This document shows, one piece after another, positions 13,120-26,080 of a stretch of 64,000 bases of DNA (position 1 is its first letter; every line of letters begins with the position of its first letter). A model generated the notes under the pieces. It was given only the letters and a program-made list of their open reading frames with translations. It searched no databases and was not told the DNA's origin. Location: NCBI GenBank assembly GCA_053919585.1, contig CM132819.1, one strand, 5' to 3'. The position numbers were made by a program, and so were the translations under genes. The DNA comes from Euprymna scolopes. Taxonomy: Eukaryota.

Positions 13120-13875
13120 ATAGGGGTCACCACTTATCAAGGCTAAGAGGTCACTCGAGGATAAGGGTTAAAGCGTGTACAGTAGTCAATAGCACACTAT
13201 CATAGGAATCGTTAGAATAGTTAATTTGGTAAATTGGGTTACTTAAGAGGAATGGCTCATCAAGAACATGTTTACGTTGGACTTGAAGACGACCGTGTTG
13301 TAATCAGCTGGAAAGCAGGCAAACGAAGGACAGTTCCACAGGTGTGCAGTTCTAAGAAATAATCTTTGTTCATGGAATCTACGTTTAGGTTTAGGCACAG
13401 ATAAAGAATGGGGGAAATTACTGATAGTTTTCAGCTGGGCGAGTGTTTCTCGTGAAAGTTTGGCGAGGGGTGGACCATGGATTGGAGCTCAGACGAGCAC
13501 TTGCCTTAAAAATAACGATAAAGCAGAGACAGGCTCACAAGGTATCTTCTGTGTGAAAGAGCTTGCAGGGAAGGGAAATGGGCACCCCCTACTAGGTTAC
13601 GACATCTATTTTTAACTCTGCCTAGGAAGGATAAGCTTCCTAGCAGCTTCTACCCAAAATTACTCCATCATTTGTTGTACATGGCTCTTACAAAGGTAGG
13701 GAATTGCATCAGCAGTGAGATATCTACTGGATCAATAGAAGGATCCACCCATTTTTCCAGCGACATTGGCAACGGATTTGATGTACGTGTTCCATCGCAG
13801 ATCAGTAGTAAAGATCAAGCTCAGAATCTTGTCAAAACATGGAGCCTCCCCAAGACGAAACTCATTCATTTTAAT
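13120..13875 (-). mobile_element. CR1-type LINE 3' fragment
   Basis: Colinear with ~31650-32410 (caccacttatcaagg...gcctccccaagacg). Confidence 0.9.
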
Positions 13876-14107
13876 ACATACATATCATACAAACATATTA
13901 TCATCAACATGAACAAGATGGCTGTAGAACAACAGCGCAACAGTAATTTTTGTTAGGGGCATTTATGTAATCTCTGAACATGTTGGATTAGTTTGGATCC
14001 TTATGATGAGTTTACTGATGATGTTGTTGATGATGTTGTTGATGTTGCTGTTGATGATGATGATAATGACGACGACGACGACGAAGAAGATTATGATTCT
14101 ATAAAAT

Positions 14108-15194
14108 ACTAGACCACCCGTGACCCGTTGGGTCAGTACGTTATATTAGCTATGGAATTCATGTATGAGCGTGACACTTGTGGCATAAAGAAAATAGTTT
14201 TTTTTTACATAACAGAAGCATTTCTATGAAAGTATATTAAAATGAAAAAAGAATATAGATAGATTTCTATGAGTCGTTCTGTTTATTATAATTGTTATTT
14301 TTTTTTAAATTACAGTTACTGAATTATAAGTGGTTGATCATACTTATAGGTAAATATGCACTGAACAGGTATCATAATCCTTATTATAGTTAAATTCAAA
14401 TTTTGATATATCATCTTTTAAATGAAATTGTTAGTTGAAAGTACAGAATAATAAAACAAACACTCTCCACATGTTAATAATGGCTTTTTAAATAGAAAAT
14501 GAAAATAAAATGTAACTTTTTTCATTTAATTTAAGCAAACATTCAGTACCCATTGTGTAAAGGAAAACACTATTTAATGTAATAGAAATGTGTGCATTTA
14601 CCGATTCAGCTTTCCGTTTGGAAATGTAAGCAGACGACTTTAAAAAACATGGGAAGAAGAAAAAGAAATTTTTTTGTAATAACGCCCTCTAGTAAAAAGG
14701 TCTGCATTAGTTAAGGGGGATAACTCTATCCAGTTTTACATCGGTTACCTTTTTCTCTCTCTCACACATACACGTAACTATTTCTCGCGTACGTAACGAA
14801 AACAGAGGGAGTAGGAGTGTTGAAATCTATGAGAGTGAAAGTGAGAGGTGTTTTCTTTGAAACTGCGACAGACTTCACGAAGTTGAATGTTTTTAGCCGT
14901 TAAAAAAAAAAAAAAAACTACGGTTGATTTTATAAAATTATTTATTTATAATGACATGAATTAAAGATTTCTCGCGTACGTAACGAAAACAGAGGGAGTA
15001 GGAGTGTTGAAAAAAAACAAAAAACTATTTGATCAAATTAAATGAAATTGTTTGTATTAAAAGCGATATAAAAATTCCGGAATTGGAATAACGGATTGAA
15101 GACGTTGCTATTTACGCATGCGCAACCGGATGTTGAAAACCGGAAATCTGATTGCAAACATACAAGACCCATAGACTTTTAGTATTATATAGAT
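14108..15194 (-). mobile_element. Non-autonomous Helitron-like element with a ~46-bp internal direct repeat
   Basis: actag plus hairpin at the left end, ...tattatatagat at the right end; atttctcgcgtacgtaacgaaaacagagggagtaggagtgttgaaa at ~14780 and ~14967. Confidence 0.6.
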
Positions 15195-15645
15195 TAAGGA
15201 AAACACTTGAATGTTGAGCTTAATGCACGTGAGTCGGGCATATAGAAACTGCTATGAGTGGGAACACACAAAGAAAACAACATGGAATCATAAAACACTG
15301 AAACTATATAACTATAAGTACGCCCCCCCCTCAAAAAAAAATAAATTGTAGTGGAAGCATAAACAGGTGGCACACAAAATAATCGAGGAGGTTCGAGAAG
15401 CATTGAAAGACCGGAAAGAGCAATCACTAACGACTAGATAGGTGTGAAAAGGACCTGGATCTTGAGGAGGCTTAATGTCACCCAAAATTCCAATCAATAC
15501 GAATAGTAGCTCTATGTCTCTATTTAATCTGCACGTGTGATTGTGAAGCAACGGTTGCGCAATCACGAACACACCTCTTAAGAATCGGCACTGCTTAGGT
15601 CTATTGACAAGGAGAAGTCCAGGACGAATGCTGAGATTAGTGGAG

Positions 15646-15762
15646 AGCACAGGCAGCACTGGAAGTCCTAAATTGTGCCACATTAATTACTGACCAGATT
15701 TAGCGTTTCTTAACTTCGGTGGTCAAATAGGAACCGGTGTGTCAAGGTGATTATGTCGTACC
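15646..15762 (-). pseudogene. 5S rRNA-derived segment (5S pseudogene or SINE3-type head)
   Basis: Minus strand tacgac...ttgacacaccggttcc...accgaagttaagaaacg...ggtcagtaatt...gtgctg follows the invertebrate 5S rRNA sequence over ~117 nt. Confidence 0.7.
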
Positions 15763-15959
15763 AATGGTCACTACGAACGAAAAATCAATGGTAAATCGCT
15801 ATTGCGATAATACAAACTAATTTGCACAGTTTAAAGAAAAGAATGCTGAGTCCTTTATATCTAGAGATACTTTCTGACTCCAGGGAAAACATCACAGGTC
15901 TTTCTTAAAGATAAATCTTTGATGATCGACTGTGTGAAAATTCCTAATGAGTAATACTG

Positions 15960-16400
15960 CACATTTAGGGAAATATCACATGCGCAAACTGGTAGCTCTA
16001 CTTGAAAACGGAAATCGTAAAATCATATAAGATATGGAGGAACAAACGAATAAACTCATTCAAGTAAGTAAACTGGATGTCACAATAGTTAACAAGAAGG
16101 GAATTCCCTGGTATCTCTTAGATTTTGCCGTCACAGCAATTCACGGAGTGTATTTCAAAGAGAGGGAGAAGCGAATCAAATGCACGAAAATAGCCAGATA
16201 GATGGAAGGGGTATTCAACCTTTAGAAAGTCAATATAGCACCAATGATAGTAGATGCACTAAGAATATCCCCGAACAAACATCGGAAAACGAATGGGAGA
16301 AAGTGGAATCAGATAAAAGGCTGAGAAATGCATTCGATAGCAATAATAAAAAACGAATTAAATCTTCAGGAAAACCGTCGAATGAAGAGAATAATCTATA
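15960..16400 (+). mobile_element. Degenerate R4/Dong-like LINE restriction-like endonuclease fragment
   Basis: Frameshifted LENGNRKII.DM..QTNKLIQVSKLDVTIVNKK...LDFAV; homologous to 44880-45310. Confidence 0.6.
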
Positions 16401-17684
16401 TGAACTATAAACGCTGGCCGTCTACATAGAAACTGTAAGAGAAATATAAAATAAATGAAGAGGAAGACCATATCGAACCAAAAAAAAAAAACGAAACTGC
16501 AAAATTGTAAGTTAAATATTTCATCTCCCCACCCCCCAAAACATTATATTGTCGGAATCACCACACTACATCGTTGAGAAGGGTCCAGAATGACGGAAAG
16601 ACCAAAGAGAGCGAGTACTGACAAAGCCTTCACTAGAAAAGTGTGAAGAAGCCTGCGACCTTGGCGAGGCTTACAACCACCTAAACTCTACAGAATACAA
16701 ATAGTCATTACCAACAAAAATCAATGGTAAGCAGGTGTTATGATGATACAAATACAATTGCAATGTTTACCGAGAGAGGTATAGAGTATCGGAAATTTTG
16801 GGAGGCATTTTCTCATCCAGACTCAGACCGGAAAACCACCGTTTTTTTCTTTTTTAGAGAGCAATCTCTGACGATTATCTGTATTAGAACCCCTACTGAG
16901 TAAATAAATATGATATGATATGTGTCATCAATATCTTTCGCAACCAGAAACCGTTTTTTGTTTTAGAATTTCACGGCAAAGACAAATTGAGAGCGGTAGC
17001 GTACACCAAACTTCGGCTGGATGAGTATTTGGATCTTGAAGTCACTCTAAGTTTAAACATAAGTATGGGACGTTATCAACGGGGAAAAACATATTAATCG
17101 ACTAGTATGAAAACAGGAAGTGATGGGCAACAAAATATATTACTGGAAATATTTGAAGACTTGTTGTCACTTATCCTCTATCGAAAACCACTTTTTTTAC
17201 GTGTACGCAATAGGACTTTACTGCTGTGCATATATATAGTCAGCAAATAATAACAGATATATTTCAAAACGTAAAAGATAATACGCGAACAAAATATATA
17301 AACAATACTAATGGGGCAATCAACTAGCAAATAAATTTCACCGTGTCAGAAATTCTTAATTTAGAATTGCATTACAAAAAAACAAAACAAAAAAACATGT
17401 CATCTTCTCATTGTTATGCAATGAAATTTATTTCCGTTTACAACATAAAATGCCTGATAACTAAACCGCTCATTTTGGAATCGATTAGCAATGGTCGACA
17501 TTAAGACTTTAAACTGGTTCTGATTAGAATGGCGGCCGTCTCTCGTGGATTACACCCATTAAAACGAGCTGATATTTTCCCGAGAAAAAGCATCGTTACC
17601 ATAAAATATACACGCTGTAAACAGTCATTATAATTAGTCCTTTAGGTGCATATAACCAATTTCAGCTTCCAGAATTTATATATA

Positions 17685-18360
17685 TCTATCTCTATACTAT
17701 AAAGCTGAACGCCTGTTTGTTTCTGTGTGTGTGTGTGTGTGTGTGTATGTGTGTGTGTGTGTCTGGTCACGAATAGGCTCCTATATGGTTGACTATTTTG
17801 AAAAACTTATTGCATATAATGATAGAATATGTATCGAGGATCAGGAATGGGTATGTTTGAACTGGCAGAACGGAGGTTCATAAAAATTGTGGGGTCTGCG
17901 TTCGCGCCTCGCCCCCAAAGTATGGAAACAAAAAATTTAAAAATGAGAAACGTTTACAAGGGTTTTTGATATAGATGTACATAAGAATACTTTGATATGT
18001 ATGTTTCAACTTAAAGTGGGATAGTATAATAAAATTGTGGGGTCTGCGTTCGCGCCTGTACTCCATGGAAATATGGCACAAACTTTAACAAAGACTTTTC
18101 ATATCTATTTGCGTAAGTATGCTTTAATAATTATATTTCAGTTTGAAGAAATATAGTATAATAAAATTATTTGATGTTCGTTCGCGCCTGACCTCCATAG
18201 AATGGAAATATGTCACAAAATTTAAAATTTAATTTTTTAAAAGGGGTAAGTGTCCACAATAACACCTTAACTTTAATCTTAATTCACGTTAGCTTTTATT
18301 TTTTTTTTAGTTGAATCATATTGTGTCGAATAAATTCACCTCATAAATTCACGTTCTTAT
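17685..18360 (+). mobile_element. Helitron 5' portion with (TG)n and three internal subrepeats
   Basis: Starts a|TCTATC...tataaag followed by (TG)n; the motif ataaaatt...gttcgcgcct recurs at ~17880, ~18030 and ~18160. Confidence 0.6.
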
Positions 18361-18494
18361 TAAAGTCAAAGACCCCTCCCTCCAAAAAAAGTCGGAACTT
18401 TAGACAATTCTCGACACAAATTTTGCATAACTCTGTTTTTTTCCTTCTCCACTTGCATGTGGAAGAGTTTCGAAGATAGATAAATAGATAAATA

Positions 18495-19320
18495 ATAAAA
18501 AATAAGAACGTTACTTGTTATCGTGTCAAAAGAAGGAACCATCCTGCTCACGTGATTACGTGTCTTTTAAATACATTTAGATAACCTTTTTATTTTTATT
18601 GATATCCGTTTATGTTTTTTTTTGCCAGTGTACTAGAAGGAATTCACTTGATTACAACCCTTTCTGCGTGTTCTATACATTACAATAGTAGAACCCTGAA
18701 TCCGACGGCGCAATACTACACCGTTCAATACTGTAAAACTGAAACGATGCTGTTCTGCTTGAAAGGGGCGCCATTTTCTTCTTATTCATATTCGTATCGA
18801 TTATTTGCTTTAAAAAACTAAAGTAATTACGTGTCTACTTTTTTAATACCCCATTTTGCTGTTTCGGATTATTTTACTAAAGTAAGTAAAGCTTCATTAT
18901 TTTTCAAAACTGTTTTTGTTTCTTTGTTTTTCGATATTTCATCGATATTATTTAGTAAGAGATTTTAGCATAAAAGTCTACAAACGACTACCTGAAAAAA
19001 TAAATATACAAGAAATAAATGTTACCATAGTCAATAAAAGTTCAGTTCATGTTTTGTTTTGTTTTGAAATAGTTTTTAATGCTCTTAACTTGAAATAATT
19101 TCAGCGAACCGAAATTAAAACGAAATTTGAGGCGAATACTACTTAAATGAATTTTTATATTAACTACACATGCCATAATCGAATATTACTCAAGCGCAAA
19201 ATAACAGAAAACATTAAAATATGTTTACAAAAATTCCTTACGTTGACGGAACTCACTTAAATTGTTAACACATAATGCTCAGGTGGCCCTCCTTCAAATT
19301 GGAAACTGGACTCTCCATTT
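18495..19320 (+). pseudogene. Copine-like C2A/C2B pseudogene
   Basis: DYNPFCVFYTLQ* at 18650 (cf. copine SDPxCVxY), CKTETM at 18732 (cf. GRTEVI), RIDYLL at ~18793 (cf. IDYYF), WPSFKL at 19284 (cf. WxPFKI). Motifs are in copine order with frameshifts and stops. Confidence 0.6.
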
Positions 19321-19933
19321 CAAATCGCTGCCATTTTGATTTTTTTAAAAACATGTTCGTGAATTAATTTTTTTTTTAAACTACTTAAAAATACAAACCA
19401 ATGAACTTTTCTACCATAAAAGTAATTTTATTGACCATGGTAACATTTATTTTTTGTATATTTATATTATTATATATATAACATTTAATCTTTGTAAGGA
19501 AACATCCCTTTTTTGGTCACTCTTGGCTACGAATGGAAATAAAGTTGATATAAAAATATATTTTCGTGAGAATTATCTTCACTTTCATAATATTTTGCTT
19601 GGGATAAAATTTAATCTATTTACAACCCCCTCCTTTTCATATACTATCATATTTTCATCAATCTCAGTCTATTTTCTGTAGGCTGTTTTTGAACCCAGTC
19701 AAGNNNNNNNNNNNNNNNNNNNNNNNNNNNNNNNNNNNNNNNNNNNNNNNNNNNNNNNNNNNNNNNNNNNNNNNNNNNNNNNNNNNNNNNNNNNNNNNNN
19801 NNNNNNNNNNNNNNNNNNNNNNNNNNNNNNNNNNNNNCGTTTTGAAGGAATTCAATTATTTACGAAGGTTCATTTTTACCTAAATGTGGGTTGGGAATAA
19901 TTAACCAATTTGGTATCCTCGTATGGGGAGCGG

Positions 19934-20318
19934 CATATATATTGTTTTTAAAATACAAGTATCCACTAACACGTGTTTCGTCGTCTACGACTCATCAGAG
20001 AGGTTGAATCTAGCGAGATTCGAAATAGGGACCTAACGGTAAGGAGCCTAAATTATTCCCTACGCGCATTTAGGTAAAAATGCACTTTCGTAATTAACTG
20101 AATTCATTTTTAAAACGTATCGCAAAAACAAAAACAAATAACGTCTAAGTAAATTGCGATATATCCAAAAAGTCGTGCGAGATTGAGGAGCGGTAAGAGT
20201 TTAGGCTCCTTACCGTAGGGTCCCTATTTCGAATCTCGCTAGATTTAACCACTCTGATTAGGCGTAGACGATGGAACACGTGGTAGTGAATAATTATATA
20301 TTAAACGCAATATATATA
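19934..20318. mobile_element. Inverted-repeat element with a hammerhead in each ~118-bp arm
   Basis: Arms ~19934-20052 and ~20200-20318 are reverse complements. The left arm has an intact minus-strand HHR core; the right arm has a mutated one. Confidence 0.75.
19963..20003 (-). ncRNA. Minimal type I hammerhead ribozyme
   Basis: cctct-CTGATGA-gtcg-taga-cgac-GAAA-CACGTG-TT-agtgg. Palindromic stem III ACACGTGT; the other arm supplies ccact for a perfect stem I. Confidence 0.8.
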
Positions 20319-20334
20319 TATATATATATATATA

Positions 20335-20661
20335 GTCATCCACATACAGTAGCGTTTCTCTGTTTCACAGCTCACCAGTGAGGCTAGACAGGCAACTACC
20401 TCAAGCCAGGATCGAAACCTGACCGCCTGTACGACAGCCAAGTCTTCTACCCATTACGCTAATCGGTGGCTGCTGTGCGAGTCGTGAATTACCGATGTTT
20501 TGACATCGTCCGAAATATCTAAGCCTAATTTGTTTACACAAACAGCATCGCTTTATACGCTAATGGTAATTCGTATATCACTTCCCAATATGCTCAACTG
20601 AAGATAAGGAGCATTAGAGTTATCCACATAAAGTACTGTTTTGCTGTTTCACAACTCATCA

Positions 20662-20665
<4 letters not shown>
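20335..20665 (-). mobile_element. Retrozyme-like unit: HHR, spacer, tRNA-like segment, HHR (284-bp period), flanked by (TA)n
   Basis: atccacata recurs at 20338 and 20622. Both HHR copies match the intact one at 37027-37070. tRNA-like A/B boxes at ~20400-20475. Confidence 0.75.
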
Positions 20666-20725
<60 letters not shown>

Positions 20726-20975
20726 GTACGGCAGGGAAACAAATATTCGTACACCTGCCAAATTTTATTTTTATGTTTCCAAAAGCCTAAACAAAGACAA
20801 CTTCCTTATATCTTATTTATAAAAAAAATACACTATAATCTTTAAATAAAGTTAATTAATTCTTATAACATTTTTATTCATTGTAACTAGTGTAAAAAGA
20901 ATTATTACAAACTAAAAAAAGAAAAACAATGTTAATTGAATACTTTGTAAAATATCAATTCATGAGTTTAATAGT

Positions 20976-21505
20976 TACGAGGTTTCTTCAATAAGTTTTC
21001 GGATTTTTTGTATGGACATCTTTATTGCTAGTACACCCGTGGAACTCTAGTTCACTTCGAAGTAATCTCCCCTGATTGCAATGTACGTGTGGTACCGTTC
21101 CAATAACTTCAATTCCTTGCGAATAATTATGTATACAAGTTCCACACTGATATCAATCTGTGCACTTATTGTCTCTATAGACACATGCTATTCCGTACAC
21201 AGAGTTCTTTATTTGGCCAATCAACTCCAGTGTTCTCACTTTCTTACGACTTCCACACCTCTCATCATCCCTCAAAGACTCTTAGCATTCCTAGAATCTC
21301 TGGTATCACACAAAGGCCGATGTTTGATTAGTGCAAAAATGGTCCAAAAGAAGTTTGAACCATTCAATGGGATTCTGTGGCATTTTTTACAAGTTTAAAA
21401 TATAATTTTTATTGCATATCGGTCTTCTAAAGTGCCCCCGCGCTCAGATTGCATTTTTTAAAATTTCCCAGCTGTGACAATCAAGATTTAGTAGACTGTA
21501 TTCCG
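20976..21505 (-). mobile_element. Mariner deletion derivative (same family as 22200-23050)
   Basis: Begins with the TIR-like tacgaggtttcttcaataag; interior is the reverse complement of parts of 22200-23050. Confidence 0.75.
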
Positions 21506-21544
21506 AAACCTTCCTTTGTTTTTGTTCAACACACGCATCCAAAG

Positions 21545-21572
21545 ATCAGCAACGGCCGGGTACCCAGGCTAG
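21545..21572 (+). mobile_element. Helitron 3' terminus
   Basis: gcaacggccgggtacccaggCTAG|t resembles the hairpin plus CTAG end of the other Helitrons in the window. Confidence 0.55.
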
Positions 21573-21583
21573 TATTATAACAC

Positions 21584-21616
<33 letters not shown>

Positions 21617-22199
21617 AACACACACACAGATATATGTATATATACATTATATATATATATATATTTAAGCAATATATATGTGCAATATCATAACTTGAAG
21701 AAATGCGTCATACGTCTTTCTTTTGAAGAAGCCATTTCACTTATTAAAGGACATTATTTATCTCATTAAATTGAATGTCTCGCAATATTCTATGATGGAA
21801 TTCGTATGATGCATTTTTGGCGCCGTTGTATTACGTTCAGTCGTCATTTTTACTGTCATGCGAATGCCATATAGGCGCGCCGAACAAAAAAATTAGCTAA
21901 TAGCCAGTCAGTTGAGCAAACGACGGCGAAATGGCAATTGCATTTAAGGCATGAATTTCTCGAGATCAAAGCGATGCTCGACCAATCAAAACCTACAGAA
22001 ATGTTCTAATGCACAGGGCTGGTAAACTTTATCGAAGTTTCTATAACTAATACTCAGAAGACCACCGAAAAGTCGACGGTTTCTTACCTTCCATTTTAAC
22101 TGTTAACTAGATAGTGTCAGGCTTTATTAGCTGTTTGGGATTACTGCTGGTCTTGCCGCAAAGAATAGATCTGCCACAGTGAAATACGTATCAGCTATA

Positions 22200-23050
22200 T
22201 ACGAGGTGCCTTTAATAAGTTTCCAGTCATTTTTTTGTACACGCATTTAAAATTTTAGTACATTTTTACATTCTGTATCTTATTACTATACAGGTCATGA
22301 AATGAATGACTATGATTTATGATTTCAGGTTCAAAGAAACAGCTAAAGCAGGAATTGGAACACACCCTACTAAAGCCTGATAGTTTCGATTGGTGGATTT
22401 CTAAAATGCAATCGGAACGCGACGACACTTTACAATTTAGAAGAAAGATACGCAATGGAATTCTGTTCTAAAGTGTGAAAATGCCACAGAAACGCATGGA
22501 ATATTTCTGACTGCTACTGGAACATCTTGCAGGGATCGAACTCTAGTTTTTGAGTGGTAGAACGTCTGTGAGGGATGAAGATAGGTATAAGAGGAGTAAG
22601 GAAGTAAGAACACCAGAAATAGCATGGTTAAGGACCAGCGTGTGTCTATAGAGACAATAAGTTAACAGTTTGATGTCAGTGTGGGAACTGCAAACACAAT
22701 TATTCGCGGGGAACTGAAGATGCAGATAATTTGAGCGAATGCACCAGTCAAGAATTCTATCCTTACACTCTATATAGTCCCAACCGTCCTCCCCGTGACG
22801 TTTGGTTATTTTTTAAGCTCAAGGAACAGCTTAGAAGATGTCGTAATGAGAAAATTGAAGAGAGGAAAGAGGCTGTGACGAGGGTCATTGACATGCTCAC
22901 ACAAGAGGACATCCATGGGGCTTTTCAGAAGTTGTTGGTTCGGTACAACAAGTGCAATACAGCCGGGGGATATTACCTTCGAAGGGAACAAATATTTCAA
23001 TAAATGTGCCCATACGAAAACGTCTTAGAACTTATTGAAGACATCTCGTG
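22200..23050 (+). mobile_element. Mariner element, internally deleted, both TIRs present
   Basis: TIRs tacgaggtgcctttaataagtttc and gaacttattgaagacatctcgtg; YSPNRPPRDVWLFFKLKEQL is a degenerate YSPDLAPxD mariner motif. Confidence 0.85.
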
Positions 23051-23418
23051 CATGGTGCTTCCTGCAGGTGCTTCCCCTTCGAATGACGATAAAATTCCAT
23101 GCTTAAACATAGAATAAAAAAGAATTGCTTTGTATACAGAAAAAGAACGAGGATTGCAAACATATGTACGGATTGATACACCTTATTGTTGAAACATCAC
23201 GGATAACGCGCAGCAAGTGATTCGGAAACGTTACAAAGAGTTAATTATAATACATTTTTAAAGACACCATGTATTTATTTTTTTTAATGAACATAAGAAA
23301 TGTTATTTTCGAGCCGACAGATACTTTATTTTGGAACAATTCTTTTTAACACCGAATTTTTCAGCCCTACGGGACATCAGATAATCACCATTTCCTTTTT
23401 TTTGTAATTTTCTTAGAC

Positions 23419-25660
23419 GATCGGGTTACCTTATGTGTTCAAAAAAGGAACAGACATCATTTTCACTATTCAGTAGACTACGTAGTGTATATGCAACACT
23501 TTGTCGAATTTGTATCATTAGTTTTAAAAATAGATAAGAGCTTATAATTATTTATTTTAGTATTAAACGCTTGTAGAAAATAGCGAACAAAATCATTTTA
23601 ATTAATTATAAGTATTTATTTTAGAATTAAACGCTTGACAAAAATAGCGAACAAAGTCATTTTTATTAAAAAAAAAACCCAAAAAACTAATAGAATCATT
23701 TAAGGTTCATTTTAAATTTGAGACCCATTCTTGACCCACCCGTCGGCCTCTGTGATCGCGGCCCAAACTGCTATACGTCTGTGTCCGACGAAGCTCGCAG
23801 CGAAAACACTTTAATAACATACAATTTTTTGCTCTTATTAAAATAGAGAGAGAGACAGTGTAAAGAAAAAGAAGAGAACTAAAGACTCGGAGTGAAAGAG
23901 AGAGAGAGAGAGATAGAGAGAGATATGCATACACACTAAAAACCTAAAGCCACTGAAATATTGTATTCGTTTAACAACCTAATGTCAGGAGGCAGGTTTA
24001 ACCTTTTTTTATGTTTTGCATTCGATAACGTAAACTATTTTGGATCTCAAGCGCCGCCTGTCAGTCCGCCACGTTGGCAGGGGTGCTTACATTTACGAGT
24101 AGGCATCTACTCCTACTTGAGTTTACTTGTCTCCCAGTGAATACAGGAACAATTATCTAAAATGTGGGATTCCCTCAAAAAGTTCCTCCACTCAGTGTAC
24201 CACACTATTTATTGTATAATAGAATGTCGACAAAATATATTTCAAGTAAAAAATAAACACTTTTAAATACGTAGTGCCATGTCGTATTTGGTATAAACTA
24301 CTGAAAGGCGTCCGACATTGTCTGGTCGTAAAATATGGTTAAATATGATATTTGTTGGGATTATTTCACTAACAAGAAAGGGGCCGTAAGAAAAGGAAGT
24401 AAGGGCTTGCAACGAAATGGTTACGTTGCTTACAAGCAGTATTTTCTTTCCTTGTAAAGGTAACAATTAACTGGTAACGTTTGCCGAATAACAGTAACGC
24501 GGTAATCAGTCTAAGAGACGCCAACCGACTAGCAAGCTAGGTAACTAGGTTCTTAACTAATCACTAACCCGTAGTGAGACAACTCCTTTTATACATCTTA
24601 ACTCTCAGTGGCGAGAATTCCAACGTGATTTCCAACGAGATTAGAATGTCTATTTAACTTAGTAGGAAATAGACACGCAGTTTCTCCGTAACGGCAAAAC
24701 AGCAGTTCAGTGTCTTTTCTTCCCTCCGACCCACCCCCGGTAAGTCAAATCAATTTCAGTTCTTACATATTTTAATTCGGCTAAATTTCGCATATAATAT
24801 TGTAGAGTCGTTATTTCAAAAGTTAAAAAAAAGTATTTAGGTGTTATCATAAGAATCGAAACCGAAAGCAAAACTCTAGAATTAAAAGATGGTGACGTCG
24901 CCACTATACCCACATGACATGCATATGAGCTGATTAAAAATAAACTTAGAGAAATGTACAAAATGTATAATGATTTTTTTTTTAATTTTAACTTCGGTTT
25001 GACCCTCGTAAAAAACAATTTTAACAGGCTAAACACTCATAAAAACGGTTCAGAAAAAAATCCAATCATTTGAGGCCCCTCCGTGACTTTTAGTTTCGCA
25101 ACAGATAGAGTTTGAAACTATATAGACAGACAGGCATACACACATAGTGAGTTTTATAAATAAGATTTCAAAAATTACAATAAATGATCCAGATTTGTTA
25201 TATTATTTTTACAAAGAAAAACAAACATAGGCATTATCAATCGAATATTTTCTGTTAGCCAATGGCGGATTTCAATAAAATCAAGGGACTTAAGTCCGAA
25301 TTTTCATACGGAATCGGTCGCACAAATCTTTCATACAAAAACATACGATGAACTCGATAATTTGATGAATTCTATTTTTACTTTTGCTTATTTTCTGCTC
25401 AATCCTTTTTCGTGAGTTTTGGAATTTATTCAAATTTCAACATAACACATACGTACGTAATAATGTTTTTAGTTGAAATAAAATTGTTCCGAATTCCAAA
25501 AATTTCCAGAGTAACGGATTTTTGTAATGTTGAATTTCCAAATTTTTCATTAAATAAATTATTTAGACATTAGTTATTTTGTATTTATAGTTCCGATATT
25601 GCCAGTTTTGTTTTGCCACGATTAGCATTCATCATGAAAACTATTAATTTGTATATTTTC
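23419..25660 (+). pseudogene. Copine-like C2A pseudogene interrupted by repeats
   Basis: Exon ~23419-23480 YLMCSKKE..SLFSRL; exon from 25259 PMADFNKIKGLKSEFSYGIGRTN (cf. DPMCV...GRTE); VSFGIYS at ~25412 (cf. LKFGVYD); next exon at ~25591. Confidence 0.5.
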
Positions 25661-25764
25661 GCGTAATTTTAAGGAATTACGAAAGTTCAACAAACATAAA
25701 TTTATCAAAAATTTCTAATGTTATTATAGCCTATGATGAGTATTGAAGCTTCAATCTCCAGAAA

Positions 25765-26080
25765 TTATAATTACTTATAACTTATTAGCAGAACGGACTA
25801 TTGTTTATAACTTATTATAAGAAGTGATCATTATTTTTAACTTATTATAAGAACTAGTAATTATTTAAAACTTATTATCAGAAATGATAATTATTTATAA
25901 CTTATTATCTGAACTTATAATTAATTATAACCTATCCGAGCTTATAACGAATTATAACTTATTATAAGAACTTATAAGTATTTATTTATTATTACCAGAG
26001 CATATAATTACTAACTTATTATTATCAGAAATAAAAATTACTCATAACTTATTATCAAAACTAATAAATATTTATAACTC
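25765..26080. repeat. AT-rich ~30-bp minisatellite
   Basis: Repeated ttataacttattatcagaa-like units. Confidence 0.85.

Noticed and set aside
24318-24701. Solo LTR (TG...CA)
   Set aside because: No matching target-site duplication or second copy visible; same for ~39440-39574.
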